64,000 nucleotides of DNA from Candidatus Hydrogenedentota bacterium (GTDB lineage: Bacteria; Hydrogenedentota; Hydrogenedentia; Hydrogenedentales; CAILVY01): NCBI GenBank assembly GCA_029565395.1, contig JAKQOG010000048.1, positions 206-64,205 on the forward strand. Direction: 5' to 3'. The notes under the pieces were generated by a model. The model saw only the letters and a list, made by a program, of their open reading frames with translations, made no database searches and was not told where the DNA came from. Position 1 is the stretch's first letter, and the number at the start of each line of letters is the position of its first letter. Below are positions 38,446 to 47,564 of this stretch, piece after piece. The translations under genes and the position numbers were made by a program.

Positions 38446-38468
38446 GTGGGCGCAGATTCGTTCTGCGC
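38446..38468 (+). repeat. Single REP-like palindrome of the same family as 15405-15478
   Basis: gtgggcgcagattcgttctgcgc just after the topA stop. Confidence 0.75.
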
Positions 38469-38583
38469 CTTTGTTCCCCGCATGTTCTGCCCTGTCTTCA
38501 GTATTCGGTATAGGGTACAGGGTTCAGGACATGGGTTTCGTATTTTGCATTTGGCACCAAACCCCGGATATCGGCTCCTATCC

Positions 38584-38612
38584 TTGAACCTCTGGCACCT
38601 CGCGCGTATAGT
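38584..38612 (+). promoter_or_regulatory. Putative sigma70 promoter for the small-ORF/nucleotidyltransferase pair
   Basis: TTGAAC, 17 bp, TATAGT; GGAG SD before GTG 38642. Confidence 0.5.
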
Positions 38613-38641
38613 AAATGCACTGTTTGGAGAATAAGAATACC

Positions 38642-38821
38642 GTGATTGAGAAAGTAGTGAGAAAAGGCAATTTGCGGGACTGGGATGAGGTTGCCCGGAA
38701 TCTTGAATACTGGCTGTCGCGCCGCCCCTTGGAACGTGTTGAGGCGGTCGAAATACTGCGGAGACAACGGGATGGAAGTGCAGCCCGACTTCAGAGAATT
38801 ACTCGCATTGTTCAACGCTAA
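38642..38821 (+). CDS. Small hypothetical protein, putative antitoxin-like partner
   Basis: 59 aa, 'LEYWLSRRPLERVEAVEILRR'; overlaps the start of the nucleotidyltransferase gene. Confidence 0.65.
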   Translation: MIEKVVRKGNLRDWDEVARNLEYWLSRRPLERVEAVEILRRQRDGSAARLQRITRIVQR

Positions 38822-39221
38822 TAATGTGGCCTGCCTCGTTGTCGGGGCGCACGCATTGGCATATCATGGCGTCCCGCGCTATACGGGCGACTTGGATATT
38901 CTGGTCCAACCTAATCCTGAAAATGCAATACGTATCGTGCGTGCACTAGGCCAGTTTGGCTTTGGTTCACTAGGATTAACTCAAGAGGATTTTGCCGAAC
39001 CTGACAAGGTTGTCCAGTTGGGGTGTGCGCCTGTACGAATCGACATCCTCACCTCACTCACCGGCGTAACGTGGGAGGAATGCATGGCCGGCTGTTGTGC
39101 AGATAACTACGGTGAGGTGCCGGTTAATTATCTCGGCAAACGGGAATTGATTCTGAACAAGCGCGCCCTTGGCCGCGCAAAGGATTTAGCCGACATTGAA
39201 GCGCTCGAAGGTATAGTGTGA
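38772..39221 (+). CDS. Nucleotidyltransferase-fold protein
   Basis: Start moved to MEVQPDFRELL; 'VVGAHALAYHGVPRYTGDLDILV', 'RIDIL', 'K.A.GR.KD.AD' pattern. Confidence 0.8.
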   Translation: MEVQPDFRELLALFNANNVACLVVGAHALAYHGVPRYTGDLDILVQPNPENAIRIVRALGQFGFGSLGLTQEDFAEPDKVVQLGCAPVRIDILTSLTGVTWEECMAGCCADNYGEVPVNYLGKRELILNKRALGRAKDLADIEALEGIV

Positions 39222-39290
39222 TCCTGGCAATTAAATATCTGTCTTCGCCATACACCGACTTCAAAATCCTTCGCCCCTTTCCTTGTTCCC

Positions 39291-40268
39291 TTAAGATATC
39301 GTGTATGTAAATGTCCCCTCCCGCACCGTCTTGTTCACGTTTCCCTTCGCCTCAAGATGCCGCAAATGCGCGCCTGCTTCCCCCACGGCGAACCATTTTT
39401 GCATCATCGGGAAGTGGTCCCAGGAGGGGGCGGCGAAATCCCATGTCATGCGTGTTGCGGTTTCGTATGCCGTACGGGCTCCTTCCTGTAGAATTTTCAC
39501 TACTTCGTCCTCACGCTCCTGATGATGATCCTTCAGTTCCCGGATGCGTCCTTGGAAATCGGTGAAGGTGCGGCGGTGTCCGGGGAGAACCAGGGCGACG
39601 TCCAGGCCATATACCTTGTCCAAGCTGGCCAAATATGTTCCCAGCGTATCCGTATCATCGGCCGTCGTGGAGATGTTCGGCGTGATATCCCCCAGCACAT
39701 GATCCCCCGATATAAGTATCCGGTGATTCGTTTCATATAGACACAAGTGACCGGGACTGTGCCCTGGCGTGTGTACGCACCTGAATTGGTAGTCGCCCGC
39801 ATTAAGAACATCGCCATCCCTCAGGATGGTGAATTCCGGGTATTTCGGGGGACTGTTCCGGATGCCGGGGTGTTGTTTCATGGCGTCCGTCAGCCCTTCT
39901 TCCGGGAATCCGCAGGCACGCCCGAATTTGATCAAGCGGGCGAGAAAGGTTTCGACATTGAATGTGTGCACCCATTGTGCCTCCGGCGCATTAAAATACA
40001 CGCGGGAACCTTCCGAGGCCAGCGCCGTCACCAGGCCCAGGTGATCCGCGTGAAAATGCGTAATGAAGAAATCCGTTCGCGCCCGATCGATATCCAGTTC
40101 CTTAAACCCCGCCTCCAGCGCATTCTGGCACGCCGGCTGATTCATCCCCGTATCCACCACCAGCGTGCGCTCTCCCGACCGCACGACGTACGCGTTAATA
40201 TTCCGCAGCGGATTCCGTGGCAGTGGAACCTCAATCCGGAACACGTTCGGAAGCACCGTCTCGATCAT
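39291..40268 (-). CDS. MBL-fold metallo-hydrolase
   Basis: VVDTG, THFHADHLG (HxHxDH), TPGHSPGH, ISGDHVL, LPGH; start moved to MIETVL. Confidence 0.93.
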   Translation of the reverse strand: MIETVLPNVFRIEVPLPRNPLRNINAYVVRSGERTLVVDTGMNQPACQNALEAGFKELDIDRARTDFFITHFHADHLGLVTALASEGSRVYFNAPEAQWVHTFNVETFLARLIKFGRACGFPEEGLTDAMKQHPGIRNSPPKYPEFTILRDGDVLNAGDYQFRCVHTPGHSPGHLCLYETNHRILISGDHVLGDITPNISTTADDTDTLGTYLASLDKVYGLDVALVLPGHRRTFTDFQGRIRELKDHHQEREDEVVKILQEGARTAYETATRMTWDFAAPSWDHFPMMQKWFAVGEAGAHLRHLEAKGNVNKTVREGTFTYTIS

Positions 40269-40554
40269 AATGCCGAAAATCCTTTCGTCGGAAACGTTAG
40301 AAAAATAGTAACACTCTGTCAAACAGTTTTTGGGGTGAAACTATACCGAATCCGTGCAGATCGGTGTAATTTCATCTTTACCATCAACTTGGGGATGACT
40401 CAAAAAGTTATCCCGGCACTTACTGACAGACGGAATACAAGGTAATAATAGCATGTCACGTTCGCGTCACCATCATTTCCGCGAAAGGGGCTTTCTAAAA
40501 ATAGAATGATGTCCTTCTTTCGGCCCTTTGGGACTACTTTGGCGAAGATATCCA

Positions 40555-40588
40555 CGGCCCAGGGCATCGCTACGCTTGCCCTGGGCCG
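40555..40588. repeat. GC-rich hairpin with a perfect 12-bp stem, REP/MITE-like
   Basis: cggcccagggca - tcgctacgct - tgccctgggccg. Confidence 0.7.
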
Positions 40589-40771
40589 ATGACCGCTCCG
40601 AAAAGACTATCGCGAACGAACTTCGCAAAAAACGCCGCTCCGGACGATTTTGATCTCATCATCGCCGCTACTGCCCTGGTAATGGGCTACCGCCTTGTCA
40701 CCAACAACGAACGCCATTTCACCTCTATCCCCGGTCTCGAAATCGAAAACTGGACCCGAATGCCCCACTGA
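40589..40771 (+). pseudogene. vapC: 3' remnant of a VapC/PIN toxin gene
   Basis: 'DDFDLIIAATALVMGYRLVTNNERHFTSIPGLEIENW' is a typical PIN C-terminus; no N-terminal 'LDTN' half and no antitoxin upstream. Confidence 0.8.
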
Positions 40772-40878
40772 CCCCATTAATTGGATTAATTGGAATTCAG
40801 TTGCAAAGCACCCCAATTCTTGTATAGGCTGTTACTGTACTGGAGGATGGATAGTCCATCATCTAAGGGAGAGCAAAC

Positions 40879-41064
40879 ATGCCTAAGAAAAAAGCCATAT
40901 ACAGTAACACCCAGTCTATCCGTCAACTGGGCGAGGCCTTTGCTGGCATGGCAAACGGCAAAGTCTCCATCCCGCAACGGGATTGCCCCGATGTTCCCAA
41001 ATTCATTCAGCAACTGCAGTCCGCACAAGCGGCTACACGCAAACATACTATAAAGTTTGGCTGA
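40879..41064 (+). CDS. Small basic hypothetical protein (61 aa)
   Basis: AAGGGAGAG SD; co-directional, 21 bp before the next gene. Confidence 0.6.
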   Translation: MPKKKAIYSNTQSIRQLGEAFAGMANGKVSIPQRDCPDVPKFIQQLQSAQAATRKHTIKFG

Positions 41065-41085
41065 TATGGATAAAGGGGATGAGGT

Positions 41086-42627
41086 ATGTGCTTAGGGCGT
41101 TTGGGACAATCTATTGACATCAATCTTGTTGACATTCGTCAACCTTTCTCGAATTTCCTTTTTGTGGATACGCTCCTGCCCAATGGGGATTACGGGGCCG
41201 TCCGCCGCCTGTTTTCTTTGGCTCGGAGGGGCGATGGAAAAACTCTGATACTCGAAGATATTGAGGCAGTTGGCGCGGTGGCTGATGAGATCGTTGAACT
41301 CTCCACCCTGTTTCCCGGATATCACTGTGATGGGGTGAAGCGGCTTACATTTTGGAAACAATCCTGTACTTCCACACAGGGTATTGAGCATCTTTCGGAT
41401 GAAGATCTTTTGGGCTATGCCATTATCAAACAAGATGTAGTTTCTGACAGACCGCCAGTATGGCATATTTTCGAGTCTGTATTTAGAAAATATCCACACG
41501 AACATAATTGTGTTCCAGGCGAAGCGCCATTCATGGTGCGCAGCGGAAACCGGATTTTCACTGTTAATGGTGTTATGTATTGTCAGCAGAACGGACTGAA
41601 CAAGGCATGTGCCCAAGTTGCCCTCCGAAGCTTGCTCAGCCGCATTCTATTAAATGAAGACCTCCCTTATAGCATAATGAATCAAATCGCGGGGGAAAAT
41701 AATCCTGGATTCAATCCGGCTGAAGGTCTTGATACGAATCAAATTCGTTGCATCCTCGATCACTATAAAATCCTGTATGATGATTTTGACTATATGGCGG
41801 ATAATACAGCGGCTATCCCGTATTCCCGGATCCTGTATGCCGGAATAGAGAATAGCTTGGGCGGTTTGTTGGGGTTTGAACTTTCCGGCGCTGGAGCGCA
41901 TGGAGAAAAACACATCATTCCCTTTTATGGACACACATTCAATCAAGATACATGGGTGCCACGGGCAGGTCTGGCTTACTTCCATGTTGGTGAAAACACG
42001 CGATACATCTCCAGCGAAGAATGGTTGAGCAGCTTCATCGGCCACGACGATAATTTCGGTAGTAACTACTGCGTGCCGCGAAAATTTCTCGAATACGGCC
42101 AAGTGAAATACGTTGTGGCGTTGCGTCCGCCCAATACGGAATATGGCGCGATAGAAGCGGAAGCAATTGCAGTCGATTGTCTTTATTCCACAATCCACTT
42201 CTTGCGCCCTCATGACAACTACTGGATAAGACGTCTCATTCACCACATCGGGGAGCAGGATGTGGTCCTGCGCACCTTGTGCCTGAATCGGAACCAATAT
42301 GTCGGACACCTTCGGGAATGCAGGGATTGGACAAGCAATTCGGAAGCAGAGGCAATTTTGGATCGCTTCGTTAAAGTATTGCCGGAACATCTATGGATGG
42401 TGGAGATTTCCATTCCCGAACTATTCTCTGCCAACTATCGAAAACTTGGCGAACTCGTTCTCGATGCGCGCGTGTCTCTGGTTCCTTATCCGCCGGATGA
42501 GCCCCTATGGGTGATTGCCCGCTTCCCAGGAACGTATCTGATAAATCAATCCCCAACAACCTCATCCACATCTTTCTTGATACTGCCAAGTGCCTTGGAA
42601 AGCCATACTCCCCTCTATCGCGGTTAA
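41086..42627 (+). CDS. Hypothetical protein with a papain-like (C39-type) cysteine peptidase core
   Basis: 513 aa; 'QQNGLNKACAQVAL' (Gln and Cys before a helix), 'GL...QI..IL', 'KHIIPFYGH', 'IGHDDNFG'; GAGG SD. Confidence 0.6.
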   Translation: MCLGRLGQSIDINLVDIRQPFSNFLFVDTLLPNGDYGAVRRLFSLARRGDGKTLILEDIEAVGAVADEIVELSTLFPGYHCDGVKRLTFWKQSCTSTQGIEHLSDEDLLGYAIIKQDVVSDRPPVWHIFESVFRKYPHEHNCVPGEAPFMVRSGNRIFTVNGVMYCQQNGLNKACAQVALRSLLSRILLNEDLPYSIMNQIAGENNPGFNPAEGLDTNQIRCILDHYKILYDDFDYMADNTAAIPYSRILYAGIENSLGGLLGFELSGAGAHGEKHIIPFYGHTFNQDTWVPRAGLAYFHVGENTRYISSEEWLSSFIGHDDNFGSNYCVPRKFLEYGQVKYVVALRPPNTEYGAIEAEAIAVDCLYSTIHFLRPHDNYWIRRLIHHIGEQDVVLRTLCLNRNQYVGHLRECRDWTSNSEAEAILDRFVKVLPEHLWMVEISIPELFSANYRKLGELVLDARVSLVPYPPDEPLWVIARFPGTYLINQSPTTSSTSFLILPSALESHTPLYRG

Positions 42628-43018
42628 TAATAAAAATTTGATCTCTGAACATACTCACATGATTACAATATACGCCCTAAACTACCTATACACCTTCACA
42701 GCCTAAGTCATCTCCGCATCCTTCAACTTTCAGCCACTATGAATTGCATCTATTCCTGCTGAAAATAACGAATGAAGTTTCACCACTCTCTTACTTCTAG
42801 TAATAATACTATTCCAAATCCACAAAAAAACAAAAGAATTTGCCACAGGATGATTGGCAAATTAATTTTAATGAAAAGACGATCACAGCAGACATATTCT
42901 CAAACCGTCTTTTTGTGTGCTATCCTCATTACATTCTTTTCTAGCGGCTTCGCCACGTTGTAATCTTTGTGGTTGATGCGGTTAAATGTCATCACGTACG
43001 ACATAGGAACTTTGCAGC

Positions 43019-46000
43019 ATGAATCGCTATTCAATTCTTTACATATTCTCTGTGGTATTTTTCTTCCTCAATAACCTTCCCACTCTCCACGCCGATGACT
43101 TTCTTGGTATTCCGCTCAAGCCTGATCCGCCGTTTGCGATGGATGGCGCGCTCGGTGAATGGACCTCGGTGCCGAATGCGTATGTAATGGAGAAAAAAGA
43201 ACATGCCGTGTGGGGCGCGGCGCAATGGACGGGTCCCGCCGATTTCAGCGGCTGGGTAAAACTGGCTTGGCGCAATGACAGCCTGTTTATCGCCGCGCAG
43301 GTCACGGATGATCAATTCCATCAAACGCAGGCGGGCAGTGGAATCTGGAAAGGCGACCATATAGAGATCTATGTGGATACCCAGCCGGACACCGCAAAGG
43401 TTCACGCACCTTTTGGCGATGAGACATTTCAAATTGCGCTGAGTCCGGGCAATTTCCAGCACACCGGCGATCCTCTTGTGGATCGCCTTCCCGAAGCGTT
43501 TTGTTTTCATCCCCATCAGAAAGCAATACCGGAAGCCATTGTGGCCTCCACGCGAACGGAACAGGGCTGGACCCTTGAAGCGGCCATCCCCTGGAGCGCT
43601 TTGGGTATCTCCGCGCCCACTTCCGGCATGGCCCTGAATTTCGAGGCGGCGCTATCGGACACCGATTCGAATGAAGCACAACAGGAAACCTTGCTGGCCT
43701 CTTCCACCGCACGATGGGAACATGTCCGCTCCCGCTTACGCCGTGCCGTGCTCGCGGGCAGCGATGGCGTCCCGCACGAAGCCGCGCCCGCCGCAGTCAT
43801 TTTCAAAGAAGCGCGCATCGAACCGGGCAAAAAACAAGCCTTTGAGTTTGATGCGCCGCCTGTTCCGGAAGGCAAAGACGCAATTTTGTCGTTCAAAGCC
43901 CGTCTGGACTATAAAACAGTCGCGGGGAATTGTCCCACCATGGTGCTCACGCTCAATGGCAAGCCGGTAACCGGCGCGAATTTCGTTAATCGCCCTGTCA
44001 AGGCCAAATCCGGCGGCGGTCAAATGTTCACCCTCGGCGGCGGCGAAACCATCACGGTATTTTACGCGCCCGATTTCGACAGCGCGGACCTCGACTCGCA
44101 CTACGGCCTCAGGGACGGCACCCGTGCCTGTTATTTTGATCTTCGTATTTCTGATCAACTCCAATCCGGCAAGAATACGCTCGAAATCGCCCACATCACC
44201 ACCTCTATTCAGAATCCGCTGATTATCGAGAACGCCACGCTCCAGTTCCGCACCCCCGCGCCGCCTCCCAAGCCCAAAGCCGGTCCTCCTACGGGTCCCC
44301 TCCCCTTTTACGAACCACACCCCGCAGCTACGGATTTTTCCGTCAAAGAATTGCCCAATGTGCAACTCGAACTGACTATTGATGGCGAAACTTTTCTGAT
44401 TGAGAGTCAATTCTCCTCGCCGATGCCGGAATGGGTCCACGGTTCCTGCACGTATTTCACACATGCCCGCCGCATCGAATCCACCCCGGAACTCGTCATC
44501 GTCCGCGATGAATTTGAAAACCTGGGCAATGAAACTCTCGGCATCATGCAGCGCCACCAAATCAATTTGAAGGACCGCATCAAAAAACTCTGGCTCTCCG
44601 GTCTGGAACAAGGCGGAACCACCGCCGCCATGAATCAGCCCGCCAATCCCACCACCTATGCCGCCACTGATGCGCACGGCATCGGCCTGATGCCCCTCAG
44701 CGACGCCTTTCGCCTCCATGCCACCAACTATGCGCAAAACGGAACCATTGGCCTCGCCGATAACCTCCTCGTACTCCCCCCGAAAGTTAAATACACTGCG
44801 GAATGGATCATCATCCCCACGCGCCAGCCCGATTACTACGCCTTCATTAATCCCGCGCGCCGCCTACTCGGTGCCAACTTCCTCATCGACGGCGCATTCG
44901 CATTCTTCCGTGCCGGCCCCCTCACCGACAAATGGTCCGATCAGCAAGTTACGGATTTTCTGCGATTCAAGGATGCGCGCTACGTATGCAGCTCCATTGA
45001 CTATCCCCTATACCACGGCTGGTATCCCCACGGCACCGCCTTCCAGCGCATTACCTACGATAATTACATCGGCTCCTTCGCGCGCTGGCGGAAACTCGTT
45101 CCGGAAATCAAGTGCCTCCTGTACTTCCATTGCTTCATCGACGTAACGGAAGACGGTCCCTCCGTTTTCGCCGATGCGCGCACGCTCCAGCCCGATGGCA
45201 ACCAGGCCACTTACGGCGAAGCCCATGACCGGCTGTACTTCCCCACCGATAAAAATTCCTACGGCGCGGCAGTCGTGAAAAATGTGGACAACATCCTCGA
45301 TGTCATCGGCGCCGATGGCGTCTACTGGGACGAACACGAATACAGCCGCGTCAGCTATCAGTGCGGCGAACCCTGGGATGGATGCACCGGCGAAATCGAT
45401 CCGAAAACCATGCGGGTATCGGGCTTGAAATCGTCCATCACGCTGCTGAGCGAATCGTGGCGGTTGGCGCTGGCCAAACGCATTCTCGCGCGCGGGCCCC
45501 TCATTGGAAACGGCCCGCCCTTCACACGCGCTATGGCCGCGCTGAAATTTCCGTGCTTCGTCGAAACCGGCAGTATCACCCACTGCACCCAAGCCCATTT
45601 GCACTCCCCCATTGCGCTCGGCGACCACCTTACCGAGCGAAGCGAACGCGACGCTTACAACGTCATGCTCGGCGCACTCGACTACGGCTGTGTCTACCAT
45701 TGGTACAATGATCTCACCGTCATCCCCACGCATCCGCAATTCACGCACTATATGTATCCCATCACACCGCTCGAACTCCACGAGGGATACATCCTCGGAA
45801 AAGAGCGCATCCTCACGCGAACGAGCGGCTGCTTCGGCTGGGGCGACGCCTCCGAACACGAAGTCCACGTCTTCGACGACACCGGAACCGAAGTTCAACA
45901 CTTCACTGCGCCCTTCCTTCACGAAGACGGAAAGACCTACACCGAACTCCGGCTCCCCGAAGACTACGCCGCCGCCATCCTCCGCAGATTGGTCCAGAAC

Positions 46001-46078
46001 CACCACGCATGCACAATAGACCCGATCCACCACGAAAAAATAGTATCGTCGATCAAGAAACACGGGGTAGAATCTTGA
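43019..46078 (+). CDS. Secreted CBM9-like sugar-binding domain protein with a C-terminal glycoside-hydrolase-like barrel
   Basis: Signal peptide; 'DGALGEW', 'LAW....LFIAAQVTDD', 'WKGDHIEIY.D', 'WTLEAAIPWSAL'; later 'ADGVYWDE'. Confidence 0.75.
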   Translation: MNRYSILYIFSVVFFFLNNLPTLHADDFLGIPLKPDPPFAMDGALGEWTSVPNAYVMEKKEHAVWGAAQWTGPADFSGWVKLAWRNDSLFIAAQVTDDQFHQTQAGSGIWKGDHIEIYVDTQPDTAKVHAPFGDETFQIALSPGNFQHTGDPLVDRLPEAFCFHPHQKAIPEAIVASTRTEQGWTLEAAIPWSALGISAPTSGMALNFEAALSDTDSNEAQQETLLASSTARWEHVRSRLRRAVLAGSDGVPHEAAPAAVIFKEARIEPGKKQAFEFDAPPVPEGKDAILSFKARLDYKTVAGNCPTMVLTLNGKPVTGANFVNRPVKAKSGGGQMFTLGGGETITVFYAPDFDSADLDSHYGLRDGTRACYFDLRISDQLQSGKNTLEIAHITTSIQNPLIIENATLQFRTPAPPPKPKAGPPTGPLPFYEPHPAATDFSVKELPNVQLELTIDGETFLIESQFSSPMPEWVHGSCTYFTHARRIESTPELVIVRDEFENLGNETLGIMQRHQINLKDRIKKLWLSGLEQGGTTAAMNQPANPTTYAATDAHGIGLMPLSDAFRLHATNYAQNGTIGLADNLLVLPPKVKYTAEWIIIPTRQPDYYAFINPARRLLGANFLIDGAFAFFRAGPLTDKWSDQQVTDFLRFKDARYVCSSIDYPLYHGWYPHGTAFQRITYDNYIGSFARWRKLVPEIKCLLYFHCFIDVTEDGPSVFADARTLQPDGNQATYGEAHDRLYFPTDKNSYGAAVVKNVDNILDVIGADGVYWDEHEYSRVSYQCGEPWDGCTGEIDPKTMRVSGLKSSITLLSESWRLALAKRILARGPLIGNGPPFTRAMAALKFPCFVETGSITHCTQAHLHSPIALGDHLTERSERDAYNVMLGALDYGCVYHWYNDLTVIPTHPQFTHYMYPITPLELHEGYILGKERILTRTSGCFGWGDASEHEVHVFDDTGTEVQHFTAPFLHEDGKTYTELRLPEDYAAAILRRLVQNHHACTIDPIHHEKIVSSIKKHGVES

Positions 46079-46158
46079 ATTCATCCGGTCCGGGAAGCAA
46101 GTTCCTGAACAATTGCCCGGCCCGGTTTTTACAAATATCTTATCAGGGAGACAGGAAA

Positions 46159-46521
46159 ATGTTTGAGCATTATCGGGAACCATTATTATCGATGGAAGCC
46201 TTCGTGGCGCGGCTTGCCCTGCACGGATTAATTTTCGTGGGAATGGTAGTGGGCGCCTTGGGCATTGGCCTGCTTGGCTATCATGGCCTGGAGGGCCTTT
46301 CCTGGGTGGACGCGCTGGTAAACGCCTCCATGTTACTGGGAGGCATGGGGCCTGTGAATGAGTTGCACACCGCCGCCGGAAAAGTGTTTGCATCGGGATA
46401 CGCCCTGTTTTCCGGGCTGTTTTTCGTGGTTGCGATGGGGGTGCTCCTCGCCCCTATGGCGCACCGGCTGTTGCATCGCTTCCACCTGCAACACGATTCA
46501 GAGGACGCGGACCAACCATAA
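46159..46521 (+). CDS. Small two-TM membrane protein, ion-channel-pore-like
   Basis: Start moved to MFEHY; TM, then 'EGLSWVDALVNASMLLGGMGPV', 'TAAGKVFA', TM; this mirrors the K-channel pore architecture. Confidence 0.65.
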   Translation: MFEHYREPLLSMEAFVARLALHGLIFVGMVVGALGIGLLGYHGLEGLSWVDALVNASMLLGGMGPVNELHTAAGKVFASGYALFSGLFFVVAMGVLLAPMAHRLLHRFHLQHDSEDADQP

Positions 46522-46553
46522 TTTGATACAATCCCCTCAGGGCTGAACAAGAT

Positions 46554-47555
46554 ATGTGGTTGACAACCTATTCACAACGGATGCAATGCGCGATGGCATG
46601 TTCCCTGGCATGTCACCTGCTGTTGTTTCTGGCGCCGTGGAGCGCCGCCCGGAGCGGCATTCATATCGGTCCGATGCCGCGCCCACCGGCAGTGGTGCTG
46701 AATTTTAAACATCCCGAACCCGCTCCGGCGCCCGTCCGGCAATTGGTGGATGTACATACACCGGCCAATGCCCCGGTGGCGCAAAATGATTTGATTGCGG
46801 TGGAAAATTCCAACGCCACCGATATTGCATTGCGCGATGGAACAAAGCCCGGCCCTCACTTGGATCAAATTGCCGGCCATGATTCACTGACACCCCCCGC
46901 GCCGGTGAAACCAGTGGAAGAAACCGTGGCGCCTCCGCCGCCCATGCCGGAAATTCCCTCTCCAACCGCGGCAACACCTCCGCCAGAATCCTCCCCTCCC
47001 CTCCTTGAGCAATCCGCCGCGCACGAACCTAAACCCAGGGAGAAAAAGGAAATTTTCCAGGTGGCGAAAGCGTATGTACCGCCGCCGTTTCAACAGACAC
47101 CGGAATCTCCGCCAGAAACCATGGAAATGCCTGTACCAAAACCTGAAGCTGCCCCCGCGCCGCCCGAGATCCCTGAAAACGTACAAAGCGTTTCCCGCGG
47201 CCGGCTCTATGACAAAGTAAACACGATAGGATTTCCGGGTTTCGAAGCCTCAAAAGACCAGGTGGCCCCCTATCTGCACGAAGTGCGGCGGCGCGTGGAA
47301 AAACGGTGGAACGCGGCCCTGCTGACCCGCTATTCAGGGGTTAGTCCCACGGAGGTGGTTATTGATTGCGCCATAGCATCCGATGGCAGGCTGGCACGCG
47401 TGGAAATCGTGGGCGAGCCGGAAGATCGGGTGTATGCCGCGTTGTGCAAGGAAGCCGTGGAGAAGGCCGGGCCCTTCAAGCCATTTCCATTTAAGGTGCC
47501 GGATATGTATCGTAACAAGAACCTGGAAATCCGCTGGACCTTCAGTTTTCTATAA
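46554..47555 (+). CDS. TonB/TolA-like energy transducer
   Basis: N-terminal TM with SxxxH ('SLACH'), Pro-rich linker, C-terminal 'Y...V..RV...W...I..DG.L....A...A.PF.PFP'. Confidence 0.8.
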   Translation: MWLTTYSQRMQCAMACSLACHLLLFLAPWSAARSGIHIGPMPRPPAVVLNFKHPEPAPAPVRQLVDVHTPANAPVAQNDLIAVENSNATDIALRDGTKPGPHLDQIAGHDSLTPPAPVKPVEETVAPPPPMPEIPSPTAATPPPESSPPLLEQSAAHEPKPREKKEIFQVAKAYVPPPFQQTPESPPETMEMPVPKPEAAPAPPEIPENVQSVSRGRLYDKVNTIGFPGFEASKDQVAPYLHEVRRRVEKRWNAALLTRYSGVSPTEVVIDCAIASDGRLARVEIVGEPEDRVYAALCKEAVEKAGPFKPFPFKVPDMYRNKNLEIRWTFSFL

Positions 47556-47564
47556 GGAGTAGCA

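Noticed and set aside
42772..42963. 63-aa ORF in the AT-rich spacer
   Set aside because: No SD, no recognisable motif; more likely intergenic or promoter DNA.
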